64,000 nt of DNA from Endomicrobiales bacterium (GCA_963796955.1 CAWCNJ010000005.1:200598-264597); one strand, 5' to 3'; positions 18,853 through 29,558 are shown, counted from the stretch's first letter. The notes: generated by a model from the sequence alone, not told the origin. Numbers and translations are program-made.

Positions 18853-19101
18853 ATGGCAAAAGCAATAGATCCGGTATGCGGTATGGAAGTGGATACGGAC
18901 TCTGAATTTACCAGCGAATACAACGGGGATACGCTGTATTTCTGCTCTGAGGAAGATAAGGAAGAGTTTGATAAACATCCTGCCAGATATTATGGTAAAG
19001 AAGGTTCGGACGAGAGCGAGGAAAACGAAACAAGCAGTGCAGCCGAAGAAACAGCCAAAGCCTCCGGCGGCAAAAAGCCGGCCAAGGCAGGAAAATGGTA
19101 A
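18853..19101 (+). CDS. YHS domain protein
   Basis: DPVCGM..YFCS. Confidence 0.9.
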   Translation: MAKAIDPVCGMEVDTDSEFTSEYNGDTLYFCSEEDKEEFDKHPARYYGKEGSDESEENETSSAAEETAKASGGKKPAKAGKW

Positions 19102-19189
19102 GAACGTAAAATTAAATATGGTTTTGGGGGCGCCCGCCATGCAGCAGTAAGGCGGGCGGCCCCGGGTGGTATCAGCGGCAACTAATAAA

Positions 19190-19774
19190 TTAGATGCCGC
19201 TGAATTTTATTGCGAACACCAATGCAAGACCGTCCAAATCGTTGTTATGCAGGTTCTTTGTGTCGGCCCCCGAAACCAGGCGGTAATGCAGGCCCAGGTC
19301 GAATTGAAAATGATCCGTCAGATCGACCAGGGCATTAAAGCCCGGTTCAAAAACGAAGATAGTGCTGTCGTCGCTGCTCGCCCCCGTCGTTGAATTGTGC
19401 AGCGCGGCCCTGCCGACCCCGAAAAGGCTGACTACCGAATAGTGTATCGTGTCCACGCGTTCGAAGAAATATTCTATTTCAAGGCCGCCGTACGTTAATT
19501 GATGGTACAGCGTATCACCGGTGTCGCTGGTCCCGTTCGATTTGATGGAAGCGCCGCCCAGACCGTACAGGCCGCCCCCCAGGGCGAGTTTGTTGTCCAT
19601 TATCACGCCGCCGCGCAGGCCCGCTATAATGCCGGGATTGTTGCTGAGCGTGGTCGCGTCGACGACGGCCGCGGCATAACCGCTTTTCTCCGGGCTGGAA
19701 CCCACAAGGGATTCCTGCGCCATAACAGGCGTCACCAGCAAAAACGTGAAAATACAAATAAGAACTTTATTCAT
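19190..19774 (-). CDS. Outer-membrane beta-barrel protein
   Basis: Signal peptide, YGGL.IEY, FVFEP, YRLV. Confidence 0.7.
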   Translation of the reverse strand: MNKVLICIFTFLLVTPVMAQESLVGSSPEKSGYAAAVVDATTLSNNPGIIAGLRGGVIMDNKLALGGGLYGLGGASIKSNGTSDTGDTLYHQLTYGGLEIEYFFERVDTIHYSVVSLFGVGRAALHNSTTGASSDDSTIFVFEPGFNALVDLTDHFQFDLGLHYRLVSGADTKNLHNNDLDGLALVFAIKFSGI

Positions 19775-19794
19775 ACTGCCTCCAGTTAATTAAG

Positions 19795-20742
19795 TTAAAC
19801 AGCCGCGGTCACCCGTCTGGGAAATTGCATTGCCCGGTTCAATAAATATTTGTTGAACCAGCGGGCGGCCTCCCCTGCCGCCTGATCGACGTACACATCC
19901 TGGTCGTAAAGGTCTATGTGGTTCGTGGTGTCTATCCAGAAGAATTCTTTCGCAATAGCAAGCCCCTCGTAAAAGTTACGGGCGTTGTCCGGCACACAGA
20001 AGTTATCGTGCGTGCCGTGTATTATCAGCGTCGGCGCCTGCATCTCTTTGGCGCTGTCCACCGCGTTAAACCTTAACAATCTTTCATATCCCATGACCGC
20101 GAACCGGTTAACGTAGTTCGGCGAATAACCCCTGGCCGTGCCGTAATACAGGAAAGGTTCTTCCGTGGGCATGGCGGCATTCGTGTCCGCGGGGTCCTTT
20201 GTCACCGCCTGTATATATTCCACCTCGCCGCTTTTCTGGAACTTTCCTTCCGCCGTTCTGGACCGTGCGATGATCTTGTTATAATCTTCTTCGCCAAGCC
20301 AGGTCAGCATCGCCTTCGGGTCGTGGTAGCAGCCGGCGATGCCGACAAAAGCTTTCACGCTTTTAAGCTGTGTCAGCGCTTTCGCCATATAGCCGCCGCC
20401 GGCGCAAATGCCCACTGCCCCCACTTTCGTGTGGTCAACATCGGTGCGCATCAACAGGTACGAGACGGCGTTTTGAATGTCTTCCACCTTCTTGTCCGGT
20501 GCTTCCAGCTGCCGTGGTTCTCCTTCGCTTTCGCCGTAAAACCGGTGGTCGAACGTTAAGCAGAGATAACCGTGGGCGGCAAGCCTGCGCGCGTAGACCG
20601 CCGTTACCTGGTCTTTCAGCCCGGTCATCGGCCCGTCGAAGACCAGCGCCGGGTACTTTTTCCCTTCCCGGTATGCATCGGGAAAGAACACCAGTCCAAC
20701 CAGCTTTTTTCCTTCACTTATGAATGTCACTCTTTCTTCCAT
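19795..20742 (-). CDS. Alpha/beta hydrolase
   Basis: FDHRFYGESEGEPR, GICAGG, HG..D, HIDLYD. Confidence 0.9.
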   Translation of the reverse strand: MEERVTFISEGKKLVGLVFFPDAYREGKKYPALVFDGPMTGLKDQVTAVYARRLAAHGYLCLTFDHRFYGESEGEPRQLEAPDKKVEDIQNAVSYLLMRTDVDHTKVGAVGICAGGGYMAKALTQLKSVKAFVGIAGCYHDPKAMLTWLGEEDYNKIIARSRTAEGKFQKSGEVEYIQAVTKDPADTNAAMPTEEPFLYYGTARGYSPNYVNRFAVMGYERLLRFNAVDSAKEMQAPTLIIHGTHDNFCVPDNARNFYEGLAIAKEFFWIDTTNHIDLYDQDVYVDQAAGEAARWFNKYLLNRAMQFPRRVTAAV

Positions 20743-20775
20743 AGCACGGCCCCCGGTAAGAATTAGTTGTAAAAC

Positions 20776-20829
20776 ATTATAGCGCTAAAAGCCGCTATGC
20801 GCGGTACGGGTATTCCATAATTCCCTGAC
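20776..20829 (-). promoter_or_regulatory. GTCA-N44-(-10) promoter
   Basis: GTCAGGGAATTATGGAA..TATAAT. Confidence 0.65.
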
Positions 20830-20910
20830 TTATTCCCTAGAATAATTTCCCGCAATGAGCTAGAATATACCTGTAGGCGCGTTCAGGAGGATACTATCGA
20901 TCTCTCCGTT

Positions 20911-21654
20911 GTGACGAATGAAGAGCTTTTGAAACTGCGGTTCCGCGACCTGGGCCTGCGCATTCAGGGCACCTGGCTTGAAGGGCGGGTAGCCGCGCTC
21001 TATAGCGAGCTTTCTTCAAAAGGCCTTAATTTTCGCCCGCCCTGTTATCTGGCGGACGAGTGGCTCACCCCGGACAAAGAACCGGTTATCGGCATACCTT
21101 TCTACCTGGCACACCCCCGTCTGAAAAAACTGGAACAAAAAATGATGCATGACGTGGAAGGCGGCGATCCCGCAGGCTGCATGAAACTGCTGCGCCACGA
21201 GGCCGGCCACGCGATAAACTACGCGTACCGTTTCTATCGGCGCGAAAGCTGGCGCGCCGTTTTCGGGCGTTTCGGCGCGCCGTATCCGGACCGCTACCAC
21301 TACCATCCCGCCAGCAGGAATTTTGTGCTGCACCTGGACGACGGCTACGCCCAGTATCATCCGGACGAAGATTTCGCGGAAACCTTTGCCGTCTGGCTTA
21401 CCCCCGGCCTGAACTGGCGCATACGCTATGCGGGCTGGAAGGCGCTGCACAAGCTGGAGTACGTAGACGCTCTGATGCGCCGCATCGCGCACCGCCGGCC
21501 CGTTGTCGCCACAGGTTCCAAACACTGGAATATAGCCCGTCTTACCTCTCAACTGGCCACGCATTACAGAAAACGCCGGGCCTTTTACGCGGTGCCGCTG
21601 GCAGCGCCGTGTTTTGAAAAACACTGCATCAAGAGGCCGCATGAAAAAGCTTAA
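20911..21654 (+). CDS. Putative zinc-binding metallopeptidase
   Basis: LRHEAGH, HPDEDFAETF. Confidence 0.85.
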   Translation: MTNEELLKLRFRDLGLRIQGTWLEGRVAALYSELSSKGLNFRPPCYLADEWLTPDKEPVIGIPFYLAHPRLKKLEQKMMHDVEGGDPAGCMKLLRHEAGHAINYAYRFYRRESWRAVFGRFGAPYPDRYHYHPASRNFVLHLDDGYAQYHPDEDFAETFAVWLTPGLNWRIRYAGWKALHKLEYVDALMRRIAHRRPVVATGSKHWNIARLTSQLATHYRKRRAFYAVPLAAPCFEKHCIKRPHEKA

Positions 21655-22669
21655 GGTTTTGTTATTGCACGACGGCGAAGCGGCCATGCCTGCGGAAAAA
21701 GCGTTCGACGGTTTCAGAAAATCGCCGGAATGGAGCACCGAGATCGCCGTCTACCAGGCGCTGCAGGCACACGGCCATGCTATTTCCAGCACCGGGTTTA
21801 ACAACGACCCCGTTATATTGCTGGATACCATAAAGAAGACCGCCCCGGACGTGATATTCAACCTGGCGGAATCGTGCCTCGGCGAATACTGCCACGATCA
21901 CAACATCCCTTCGCTTTTGGAACTCGCCAGGGTGCCCTACACCGGCTGCGGCCCCATGGGGCTGATGCTCTGCAATAATAAAGCGCTGACAAAAAAAGTG
22001 CTTACCTATCACAACATCCAGGTGCCGCAGTTTTGCGTTTATCATATAGGCGAAACCGTTAAGTTCCCGGCCGCGAATTTCGCTGCCCCGTATTTTGTTA
22101 AACCCCTGCAGGAAGAAGCCTCCGCCGGCATATCGCAGCGCTCCTGCGCGAAAACAGGGGAGCATTGCCGCGAGCGCGTGAACTTTGTCCATCAGCATTT
22201 GCAGAAGGATGCAATGGTGGAGCAGTATATCTCCGGGCGCGAACTCTACGTCGGGCTTTTCGGCAACGGGAAGAATATAAAAGTGCTGCCGCCCTGGGAA
22301 CTGAAATTCGCGAACGCCGAGGCCGACGAACCGAAGATAGCGACCTACCGCGCCAAGTGGGATGACGCCTACCGGAAAAAATGGGGGATCACCAACGAGT
22401 GTGCCGGCCCCATCGCCGAACCGGTCGCGGCGAAGATCCATGATATCTGCAAAAAAGCCTATCAGGTGCTGAACCTGGACGGCTACGCCCGTTTCGATAT
22501 GCGCCTGACGAATGACGGAGAAGTATACATTATAGAAGCGAACGCCAACCCGGAGCTTGCGCGCGGCGAAGATTTCGCTGCTTCCGCAGAAAAAGACGGC
22601 ATTCTCTACGAACAACTAATAGAAAAACTTCTGCACCTTGCCCTGCAAAGAACACCCCGCGCCGTCTGA
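21641..22669 (+). CDS. D-Ala-D-Ala ligase-like ATP-grasp protein
   Basis: FNL.E, PYTG, VKP..E.S.GI, GRE, RFD.R, EANANP. Confidence 0.88.
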   Translation: MKKLKVLLLHDGEAAMPAEKAFDGFRKSPEWSTEIAVYQALQAHGHAISSTGFNNDPVILLDTIKKTAPDVIFNLAESCLGEYCHDHNIPSLLELARVPYTGCGPMGLMLCNNKALTKKVLTYHNIQVPQFCVYHIGETVKFPAANFAAPYFVKPLQEEASAGISQRSCAKTGEHCRERVNFVHQHLQKDAMVEQYISGRELYVGLFGNGKNIKVLPPWELKFANAEADEPKIATYRAKWDDAYRKKWGITNECAGPIAEPVAAKIHDICKKAYQVLNLDGYARFDMRLTNDGEVYIIEANANPELARGEDFAASAEKDGILYEQLIEKLLHLALQRTPRAV

Positions 22670-22678
22670 AAAACGGTA

Positions 22679-23542
22679 TCAGCCGTTAATTACCTCGCCA
22701 CCGTTAGGGTGCAGCACCTGCCCCGCCATGAAGGACGAATCCCGGGAAGCTAAAAAGACATACGACGGTGCTACTTCTTCCGGCTGGCCCGGCCGGTGCA
22801 TGGGCGATCTTTTACCGAACTCGCTTACCTCATCGGCCGCGAAGCTTGAAGGCACCAGCGGCGTCCATACGGGCCCCGGCGCCACGGCATTCACGCGTAT
22901 ACCCTTCGGCAAAAGGTTGGCGGCAAGCGAGCGGGTAAATGCGACGATCGCCCCTTTGGTGGCGGAATAATCTAACAGCCTCGGACTGCCGCGATAGGCG
23001 GTGACGGAAGCGGTATTGATAATGGTGCTTCCCTGCTTAAGGAACTTCACCGATTCCCGGACCATATAAAAATAGGAGAAAATATTCGTCTTAAAGGTCC
23101 GTTCCAGCTGCTCGTCGCTGAGGGTGCGAATATCGTCGCTAATGAATTGCACGGCGGCGTTGTTCACGAGAATATCCAGATGGCCGAATTCCGACAACGT
23201 TCTTGCCACCGCCTCTTTGCAAAAGGCCGGGTTTGCCACGTCGCCGGATGTAATGATGCATTTTCTGCCGGTCTCTTCCACCATGCTTTGCGCTTTGGCC
23301 GCGTCGGCATGCTCATTGTAATACACAATAGAGATATCCGCACCTTCCTTGGCAAAGAACAATGCCACCGAACGGCCTATGCCGCTGTCGCCGCCCGTAA
23401 TAATAGCGACCTTGTTTTCCAGTTTCCCGCTGCCCCTGTACCACTCTCCCTTTTCCAGGGGCTGCGGTCTCATGACGTCCTCTTTGCCCGGTACCTCGTT
23501 TTGATGTTGCGACGGGATCTCGTATTCCAGTGTTTTCGTCAT
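22679..23542 (-). CDS. SDR oxidoreductase (stress-associated YhxC/YghA type)
   Basis: TGGDSGIG, YSATK, QVLHPNGG. Confidence 0.92.
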   Translation of the reverse strand: MTKTLEYEIPSQHQNEVPGKEDVMRPQPLEKGEWYRGSGKLENKVAIITGGDSGIGRSVALFFAKEGADISIVYYNEHADAAKAQSMVEETGRKCIITSGDVANPAFCKEAVARTLSEFGHLDILVNNAAVQFISDDIRTLSDEQLERTFKTNIFSYFYMVRESVKFLKQGSTIINTASVTAYRGSPRLLDYSATKGAIVAFTRSLAANLLPKGIRVNAVAPGPVWTPLVPSSFAADEVSEFGKRSPMHRPGQPEEVAPSYVFLASRDSSFMAGQVLHPNGGEVING

Positions 23543-23568
23543 AATTCCCTCCTTGTGCGGCCGCAACT

Positions 23569-23622
23569 AATATAATAAATCCCGCGCCCGGGAAACAGGT
23601 ACTTTTTCTTCCTATGCATGAC
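23569..23622 (-). promoter_or_regulatory. GTCA-N44-(-10) promoter
   Basis: GTCATGCATAGGAAGAA..TATATT. Confidence 0.55.
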
Positions 23623-23716
23623 GCTTTTTCCCGCCGGAGCGGCAAAGTAAAACCGCGTACTGCAAAAATGGAAAAGTGTCATTGCCGGGTACAGGAAAGT
23701 TATATATCGTGACGGT

Positions 23717-25027
23717 ATGTTTAAAAATTTACTGGCATTCATGAACGAAGGCATATGGAGGGTGCGGCTGAGCCGATGCCCGGTGGTATCCTGCCATTTC
23801 ATAAAATATCTGCGCATAGTGTTAACGGCTTTCCGTCGATTTGATGCCGACAAATTACAGATGCGGGCCTCGGCTCTCACGTTCTATACCATGCTCTCCG
23901 TCGTGCCGATAGTGGCTATGGCGCTTGCGATATCGCGCGGTTTCGGCCTGGACCAGGTATTGCAGGCACAGCTGCAGAAAGGCGGCACGGCATGGCAGGG
24001 AAGCGCCGTGCAGATGATATTCCATTTCGCGCACTCTATGCTGGCGCAAAGCAGCGGCGGCCTGATAACCGGCCTCGGCATTTTGGTATTGTTCTGGACC
24101 GTTATTTCCATGCTGGGTAATATTGAGGAGGCCTTCAACGATATCTGGCACCTTCAGCGCGCCAGAACGCTCGCCAGAAAAGTGGCGGATTATCTTTCAG
24201 CCGTACTGGTGGGCTCCGCGCTGATCATAGCCTCGGGCAGTGTTACGGTGCTTATCGCCGGTAAAACCATGAACGCAGCCTGGTCGGCAAAACTTCCGGC
24301 CCTCTTCGACCCGCTTTTCGCGCTGTTCTTTAACGTGCTCTCATACGTTATTATCTGGTTGTTGTTCACGTTTACGTATATCTTCATGCCGAACACCAGG
24401 GTAAGCCTGCCCGCGGCGTTTACGGGCGGCATTGTGGCCGGAACGTTGTTTGAAATGGTGCAGTGGGCCTACATAAAATTCCAGATAGGCGTCGCAAGCT
24501 ACAACGCGATCTACGGAAGTTTCGCGGCACTGCCCTTGTTCCTGGTATGGCTTCAGTTAAGCTGGCTTATAGTACTTTTCGGCGGTGAGATGGCACATGC
24601 CACGGAGAGCGCCGAGACCTACGGTTTTAAACCTGAAGTGGACCTGAGCGCGACCGAGAAAGACATACTGTCGCTCTGGGTGCTGCATTACATAGCCCTG
24701 CGTTTTTCAAAAGGGGAAAAACCGGCGAACGCCAAAGAGATCTCGGCCACCCTGACGATACCGCTGTATCTTACGCAACGGCTGCTGCAATTCCTGATGC
24801 GGATACACCTGGTTTCCACAACAGGCACCGAGCACCATTTGTTCCAGCCGGCTGCCAACATCAGCAACCTGCGCCTGCGCGACGTGATAGATGCCCTGGA
24901 TACAGAGCCGCAAGCCGCGACGCCGCCCATTGATGCCCCGGAACTGGCGTCTATCCGTGAAAGCCTGGTGAAGTTGGCCGATTGCGCGCGCAGTTCGCCG
25001 GTCAATACCCGGCTGATAGATATTTAG
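23717..25027 (+). CDS. YihY/BrkB family membrane protein with C-terminal wHTH
   Basis: ASALTFYTMLS, AFNDIW, YNAIYGSFA. Confidence 0.92.
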   Translation: MFKNLLAFMNEGIWRVRLSRCPVVSCHFIKYLRIVLTAFRRFDADKLQMRASALTFYTMLSVVPIVAMALAISRGFGLDQVLQAQLQKGGTAWQGSAVQMIFHFAHSMLAQSSGGLITGLGILVLFWTVISMLGNIEEAFNDIWHLQRARTLARKVADYLSAVLVGSALIIASGSVTVLIAGKTMNAAWSAKLPALFDPLFALFFNVLSYVIIWLLFTFTYIFMPNTRVSLPAAFTGGIVAGTLFEMVQWAYIKFQIGVASYNAIYGSFAALPLFLVWLQLSWLIVLFGGEMAHATESAETYGFKPEVDLSATEKDILSLWVLHYIALRFSKGEKPANAKEISATLTIPLYLTQRLLQFLMRIHLVSTTGTEHHLFQPAANISNLRLRDVIDALDTEPQAATPPIDAPELASIRESLVKLADCARSSPVNTRLIDI

Positions 25028-25040
25028 CGGAGGTGAATAT

Positions 25041-26182
25041 ATGCTTACGATAAAACCTGTAACAACATATGAAGAATTCCTGAAACTGGAGCCGGTCTGG
25101 AACAGGCTGTTGGCCGAAAGCGACAGCGACATGGTCTTTATGACCTTTGAATGGTTCAAGCACTGGTGGCAGATGTTCGGGCAGGGAAGCGAAATGCTGA
25201 TACTGGTCATGAGAGCTCCCGGTGAAGATGTCTGGCGATAGTGCCGCTGATATTTAGAAAGACCACGCTCAGGGGCCTGCCGGCGCGGGTTGTTTCGTTC
25301 ATGGCCAATTATCATTCGCCCCGCACAGGGGCTATTATCTGCAATTCAGGTCATAAGGTCATGTACACTGCCCTTAATTACTTGCGTTCCCACGGGTTTC
25401 GCTACGACGTGCTATGGCTGGACATGCTGGAGAAGGGTTCACTGGCGGACCTGCAGATAAAAGAAGAGCTGGGCGAAAAAACCAAATACCGGGAAATGGA
25501 AGGCGAACGCTCGCCGTATCTGAACATCGAAGGAACATGGGAGGACTATTTAAAAAAATGCAAAAAAGGTTTTCGTAAGAACCTTAAGCACTCTTTGAAC
25601 TATCTTAATGATCCGCACTACGAGCTGTGCCGCTATCAGGGCGGCAGCGCGCAGGCGTTAACGGACGATGTGATAAATATTTCAAAGCGCACCTGGAAAT
25701 ATACGCAGGGCACCGGCATGGCCGGCACTCCGGAGCTGATACGTTATTACCGCTCCCTTATCCAAATGCTGGCGGCTAATGGCTGGCTGCGGTTAACCGT
25801 TCTAAAATATAAAGCCATACCGATAGCCTTTTCCTTCACTAGTGTGTATAAAAACCGTATGTACGGCCATCAGATAGGGTACGACCAGTCGTATAAAGAC
25901 ATCTCACCCGGTCAGATAACTTCCGGCAGCGTTATAAAAAGCGCTTTTGACAACGGCAACACCGAATACGACTTTCTGGGAAAAGATGAAGCCTACAAAA
26001 TGGAATTTACCGCCACCTGCCGCAGGCACAGCAAGTACTATTTATTTAACGATACATTGATGGGAAATGTTTTGCATACCCTGGAGAACATAATAATCCC
26101 GGGCGCAAAAACCATTTTTGGATCATATACAAGGGGGAACTATGACAACCAAAACCCAAGAGATGCACGTATTGGTAATTAA
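25041..26182 (+). pseudogene. GNAT acetyltransferase (CelD/BcsL type) split by one frameshift near 25230
   Basis: W..L..F.TFEW in ORF1; GYD..Y..SPG, YDFLG..YK in ORF2; may be a sequencing indel. Confidence 0.75.
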
Positions 26183-26654
26183 ACGCGTTTTTGACGCCAC
26201 CAGGGACCAATTGTGGCATGTATGGACGGAGCCCGACCTTTTAAAGATGTGGTGGGGTCCAAAAGATTTCAGTGTGCCACACTTGAAAATGGACTTTCGT
26301 GCAGGCGGCAAATATCTATCGTGCATGCGCAGCCCCGAAGGCAAGGAGTACTGGAACACCGGCGTCTACGAGGAGATCGCAAAGCCCGTCCGCCTGGTGA
26401 TGACCGATTCTTTCGCCGACGCGAACGGCACGGTGGTGCCTGCTTCTTACTACGGCATGGAGGGTGATTTCCCGCTTGAACTGCGCGTGACCATTACCTT
26501 TGAAGAACAGGATACCAAAACCAAAATGACGCTGGAACATGCCGGCATGCCCGCGGGCGACGCCAGCGACGGCGCCAGGGTCGGCTGGAACGAATCCTTC
26601 GACAAACTGGATAAAGTGCTGAAAGGCGTGGTAGCGGAAAGCACGTCCAAATAA
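26142..26654 (+). CDS. SRPBCC/AHSA1 domain protein
   Basis: R.FDA..WT.P..WWGP, GW..FDKL. Confidence 0.9.
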   Translation: MTTKTQEMHVLVIKRVFDATRDQLWHVWTEPDLLKMWWGPKDFSVPHLKMDFRAGGKYLSCMRSPEGKEYWNTGVYEEIAKPVRLVMTDSFADANGTVVPASYYGMEGDFPLELRVTITFEEQDTKTKMTLEHAGMPAGDASDGARVGWNESFDKLDKVLKGVVAESTSK

Positions 26655-26668
26655 CCACCGATGTCCTT

Positions 26669-27529
26669 TTAAAAGTCATACACACACAGCACGGAAACGT
26701 TGTTGCCGGAAACCATGGGAAAAAACGCGAAATAAGAGGCTTTCCGGTATGCAAGTGCAGGTGTATGTTTTTGCAGGGATTCTATTTCCCTGGCAGTATA
26801 GTAACCCAAGGCCGCCCCGGGGATAAGGTCCGAGGCCCAGTGCTCGTCCAGAGCCACCATTGAGATCGCGGTAAGAGAAGCTGCCGTATAGGCGATAACG
26901 GGTATGGCCGGGGTATCTGAGAATTCGGTAGCGATGATCGTAGAGAACGCGAACGCGGTAGACGTATGTCCCGAAGGGAACGCGAGATCTTCGACAGACC
27001 TGGGCCCCGGGTACCAGGTATCATACGACAGACCGGTATTAGGCAGCGGCCGTTGCAAAGTCAGTTTGATAGCGCCGGTAAAGATGGAGTTTACGATCAT
27101 TGTCTCGGCGCAAAGCATGCCCGCCCTCTGGTATGTTTCATCATCGTTGAATTCTCCGTACAGGTACAGCAACGCAAGGATCACTATGGGGTACGAGCCA
27201 TCCCCAAAATGCGTGAAAAAGCGGGGGACGATATCGGAAGCGGCCGTCCTGTTTTCCTGTGAATAATTCCGTATATGCGTGTCCTGCGTATAAAGTATGC
27301 CGGCCCCAAGAGCAACGATCCCAACTCTGCTCCAATCCGTTCTTGTGAAATAAAACGGCGCGATAGCGGTGGATCTTAAGTAGTTATATGTTATCGGGAA
27401 TTGCTGCAGGTTCAAATCGTAATTATCGTTACCATCGGCAAAACTATATGTAGCGCAGCATTGAAGGCTCAAAGTCACGGCTAGTGCTAAAACAACTTGA
27501 GCGATATTTGTTTTGGAAATAGTGATCAT
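26669..27529 (-). CDS. PAP2 family phosphatase
   Basis: K..RP, FPSGH, HWASD. Confidence 0.88.
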   Translation of the reverse strand: MITISKTNIAQVVLALAVTLSLQCCATYSFADGNDNYDLNLQQFPITYNYLRSTAIAPFYFTRTDWSRVGIVALGAGILYTQDTHIRNYSQENRTAASDIVPRFFTHFGDGSYPIVILALLYLYGEFNDDETYQRAGMLCAETMIVNSIFTGAIKLTLQRPLPNTGLSYDTWYPGPRSVEDLAFPSGHTSTAFAFSTIIATEFSDTPAIPVIAYTAASLTAISMVALDEHWASDLIPGAALGYYTAREIESLQKHTPALAYRKASYFAFFPMVSGNNVSVLCVYDF

Positions 27530-27557
27530 GGTTACCGCTCCTTAGTGGGGTACGTTC

Positions 27558-27610
27558 ATTGTACAAAAGACCCACCTGTTCCGGCTGTATACATTCCGCT
27601 TTTAACTGAC
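27558..27610 (-). promoter_or_regulatory. GTCA-N43-(-10) promoter
   Basis: GTCAGTTAAAAGCGGAA..TACAAT. Confidence 0.6.
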
Positions 27611-27680
27611 GCATTTCCCTGAGAACGAAACACCTACATTTTTTCTTGAGAAATACGTTGCAAAGAGTTACAATTATCAT

Positions 27681-27751
27681 ATGCGATCAATCGGGGGGCG
27701 ACCTTGCGTCATATCGAAACCACACGGCTAAATCAGCCGGGTGGTTTTTGT
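27681..27751 (+). ncRNA. Candidate small RNA or terminated leader, copy 2
   Basis: TTGAGA-17-TACAAT at 27646-27674; hairpin AAACCACACGGCT..AGCCGGGTGGTTT; paralog at 2561. Confidence 0.5.
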
Positions 27752-27804
27752 AACGGTTGGGCAAAATGGGGCGGTGGAAGTACGCAAGAACTTTTTGAAA
27801 CTGA

Positions 27805-28593
27805 GTGGACCGGGGCAGCGGGTACCACGATCTGGCTGGCGCTACATTATTCATGATACTTTATGGGAACACGGCGTGGTATTCCATCGCGATCTCGTTG
27901 TTTGATAGTTTGTCTACAACGCAACAGATAATTATTTTCGTGCTGCTGCTTTCTACGGCTAAGCCGTTGCGGAACTCGTTAAGTTATCTTGCCGGGCTGA
28001 TGGGGGCGTATTGCGCGTGCGGCGTCGCGGGGTATCTGACACTGGACACGCTGCGCCCGTTACTGAGCAAGCTCTTTCCTTCTTCCGCCGGTCTGTCTAA
28101 CCTGAGCTATTATCGCTCAGAATTTATCATGGGCGTTATAATGGCGGCTATCGGTGTGTGGTACTTTTACCGGAAACACCCTGCAGAAAAGAGCCGCCTT
28201 GAAAACGGTATTCTGGAAAAGCTGCGAACCATGACAAGCCTGTTCGCTTTTTGCGCGGGGGTGGTGGTATCGGTGACCTCGTTCCCTATGTCGCTGCCGT
28301 ATCTGGCCGCCCTTGGCATGTATTCTGTGCTGCACCTGAAGCTGTCTGTGGCGGCAGGATATATACTGCTGTATAATATTGGCTACTCTCTGCCCATGCT
28401 GCTTGTATTGTGTATTTATCTAATAGCCCGGAGCGGTTCCGAAGATGATAGCGCGATGCTGCACGAAAAAGCTAAAAAGCTGAACCTGCACCTTACCTCC
28501 TGGACGTTCGCGGGCCTTGGTCTATTCTCCATGGCAGACGCAGGCTGCTACTTTACCATAGGCCGTGCGATCATCAAAGGCAGATTGTTTTAG
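27805..28593 (+). CDS. GAP/Sap family membrane protein (start uncertain)
   Basis: DSLS, LPYLAA, LYN..P; several TM helices. Confidence 0.65.
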   Translation: MDRGSGYHDLAGATLFMILYGNTAWYSIAISLFDSLSTTQQIIIFVLLLSTAKPLRNSLSYLAGLMGAYCACGVAGYLTLDTLRPLLSKLFPSSAGLSNLSYYRSEFIMGVIMAAIGVWYFYRKHPAEKSRLENGILEKLRTMTSLFAFCAGVVVSVTSFPMSLPYLAALGMYSVLHLKLSVAAGYILLYNIGYSLPMLLVLCIYLIARSGSEDDSAMLHEKAKKLNLHLTSWTFAGLGLFSMADAGCYFTIGRAIIKGRLF

Positions 28594-28676
28594 ACGTCAG
28601 AACAACGAGGCACGATGGTGATCGACAAAAAAGAGATCAAGCGCGAATATAGTAATATGGCTAAAGGAACGTAACA

Positions 28677-29075
28677 TTGAAAAGAAAAAGTAAGATGATC
28701 CCCAAAGATGAGTCCGGCTGCAAGGGGTGCCCGGCGTACTGCTGCCATGACCTTTCCATGGTCATAACGCGGCCCGTGAACGCTACTGAGGTTGACGAAT
28801 TACGCTGGTATTTGCATTACGATACCGTGAATATTTATATTTCCAACCACCGGTGGCATATTCTGGTAAAGGGCAGATGCATCTACCTGAACAAAAAAAA
28901 TATTTGCGATATTTACCACAAACGTTCCCGCAGGTGCAGGGAACATAAAGCGACCAACTGCGAGCGTCACGGCGGTTATCACGATATACTGCTTAAAACG
29001 CCGGAAGACCTGGACAACCATTTGCGTAAAGAAAAAGCCAAACGGGCCAGGCGGGCAAAGAGGGCGATACGGTGA
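28677..29075 (+). CDS. YkgJ family cysteine-cluster protein
   Basis: C..C..CC, C.YL..C.IY..R..CR. Confidence 0.85.
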   Translation: MKRKSKMIPKDESGCKGCPAYCCHDLSMVITRPVNATEVDELRWYLHYDTVNIYISNHRWHILVKGRCIYLNKKNICDIYHKRSRRCREHKATNCERHGGYHDILLKTPEDLDNHLRKEKAKRARRAKRAIR

Positions 29076-29557
29076 ACACAAAAGCGTTGGAGCTGGTTTA
29101 CAAGACGCATAAGGACGGCAGGGAAAAGGCCATACTGCTCGGCGACCTGATATTGCAAGTGGACGGCACCGGTTTTCACGAAGACATTCAGGATACCCTG
29201 AAATTCTTTTATACGCACATTCCCTTGCATTTTGCCTATGAAGAAGTGATGATACGCGCGCTGCTGAAGAGCGCCGATCTGAACGATGATGAAGCGGCCG
29301 TTATTGATAAAATACTGCGGGAGCACCAAACCCTGTCGTCGGCTTTTGAAAGGATAAATGTTCACGCATTAAAAATGCATAACGGTTTCGATAAAGCGCA
29401 AAAAGAAGATTTCCTACAGCTGGTGACCGACACGGTGGAGTCCCTGATACAACACACTGAATATGAAGACCGGTGCTTGTACCCGATGGCCGATCCTAAG
29501 ATCAGCGATAGTCTGGCAAAAAGTATCGAGCAAGAAATGCGCAGGATGGTTCACTAG
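29072..29557 (+). CDS. Hemerythrin-domain protein
   Basis: HF.YEE, EH, H...E..LYP. Confidence 0.8.
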   Translation: MNTKALELVYKTHKDGREKAILLGDLILQVDGTGFHEDIQDTLKFFYTHIPLHFAYEEVMIRALLKSADLNDDEAAVIDKILREHQTLSSAFERINVHALKMHNGFDKAQKEDFLQLVTDTVESLIQHTEYEDRCLYPMADPKISDSLAKSIEQEMRRMVH

Positions 29558-29558
29558 A

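Noticed and set aside
21662..22615. Long antisense ORFs (also 12270, 39124, 43892, 50003)
   Set aside because: Shadow frames of well-supported genes with no motifs
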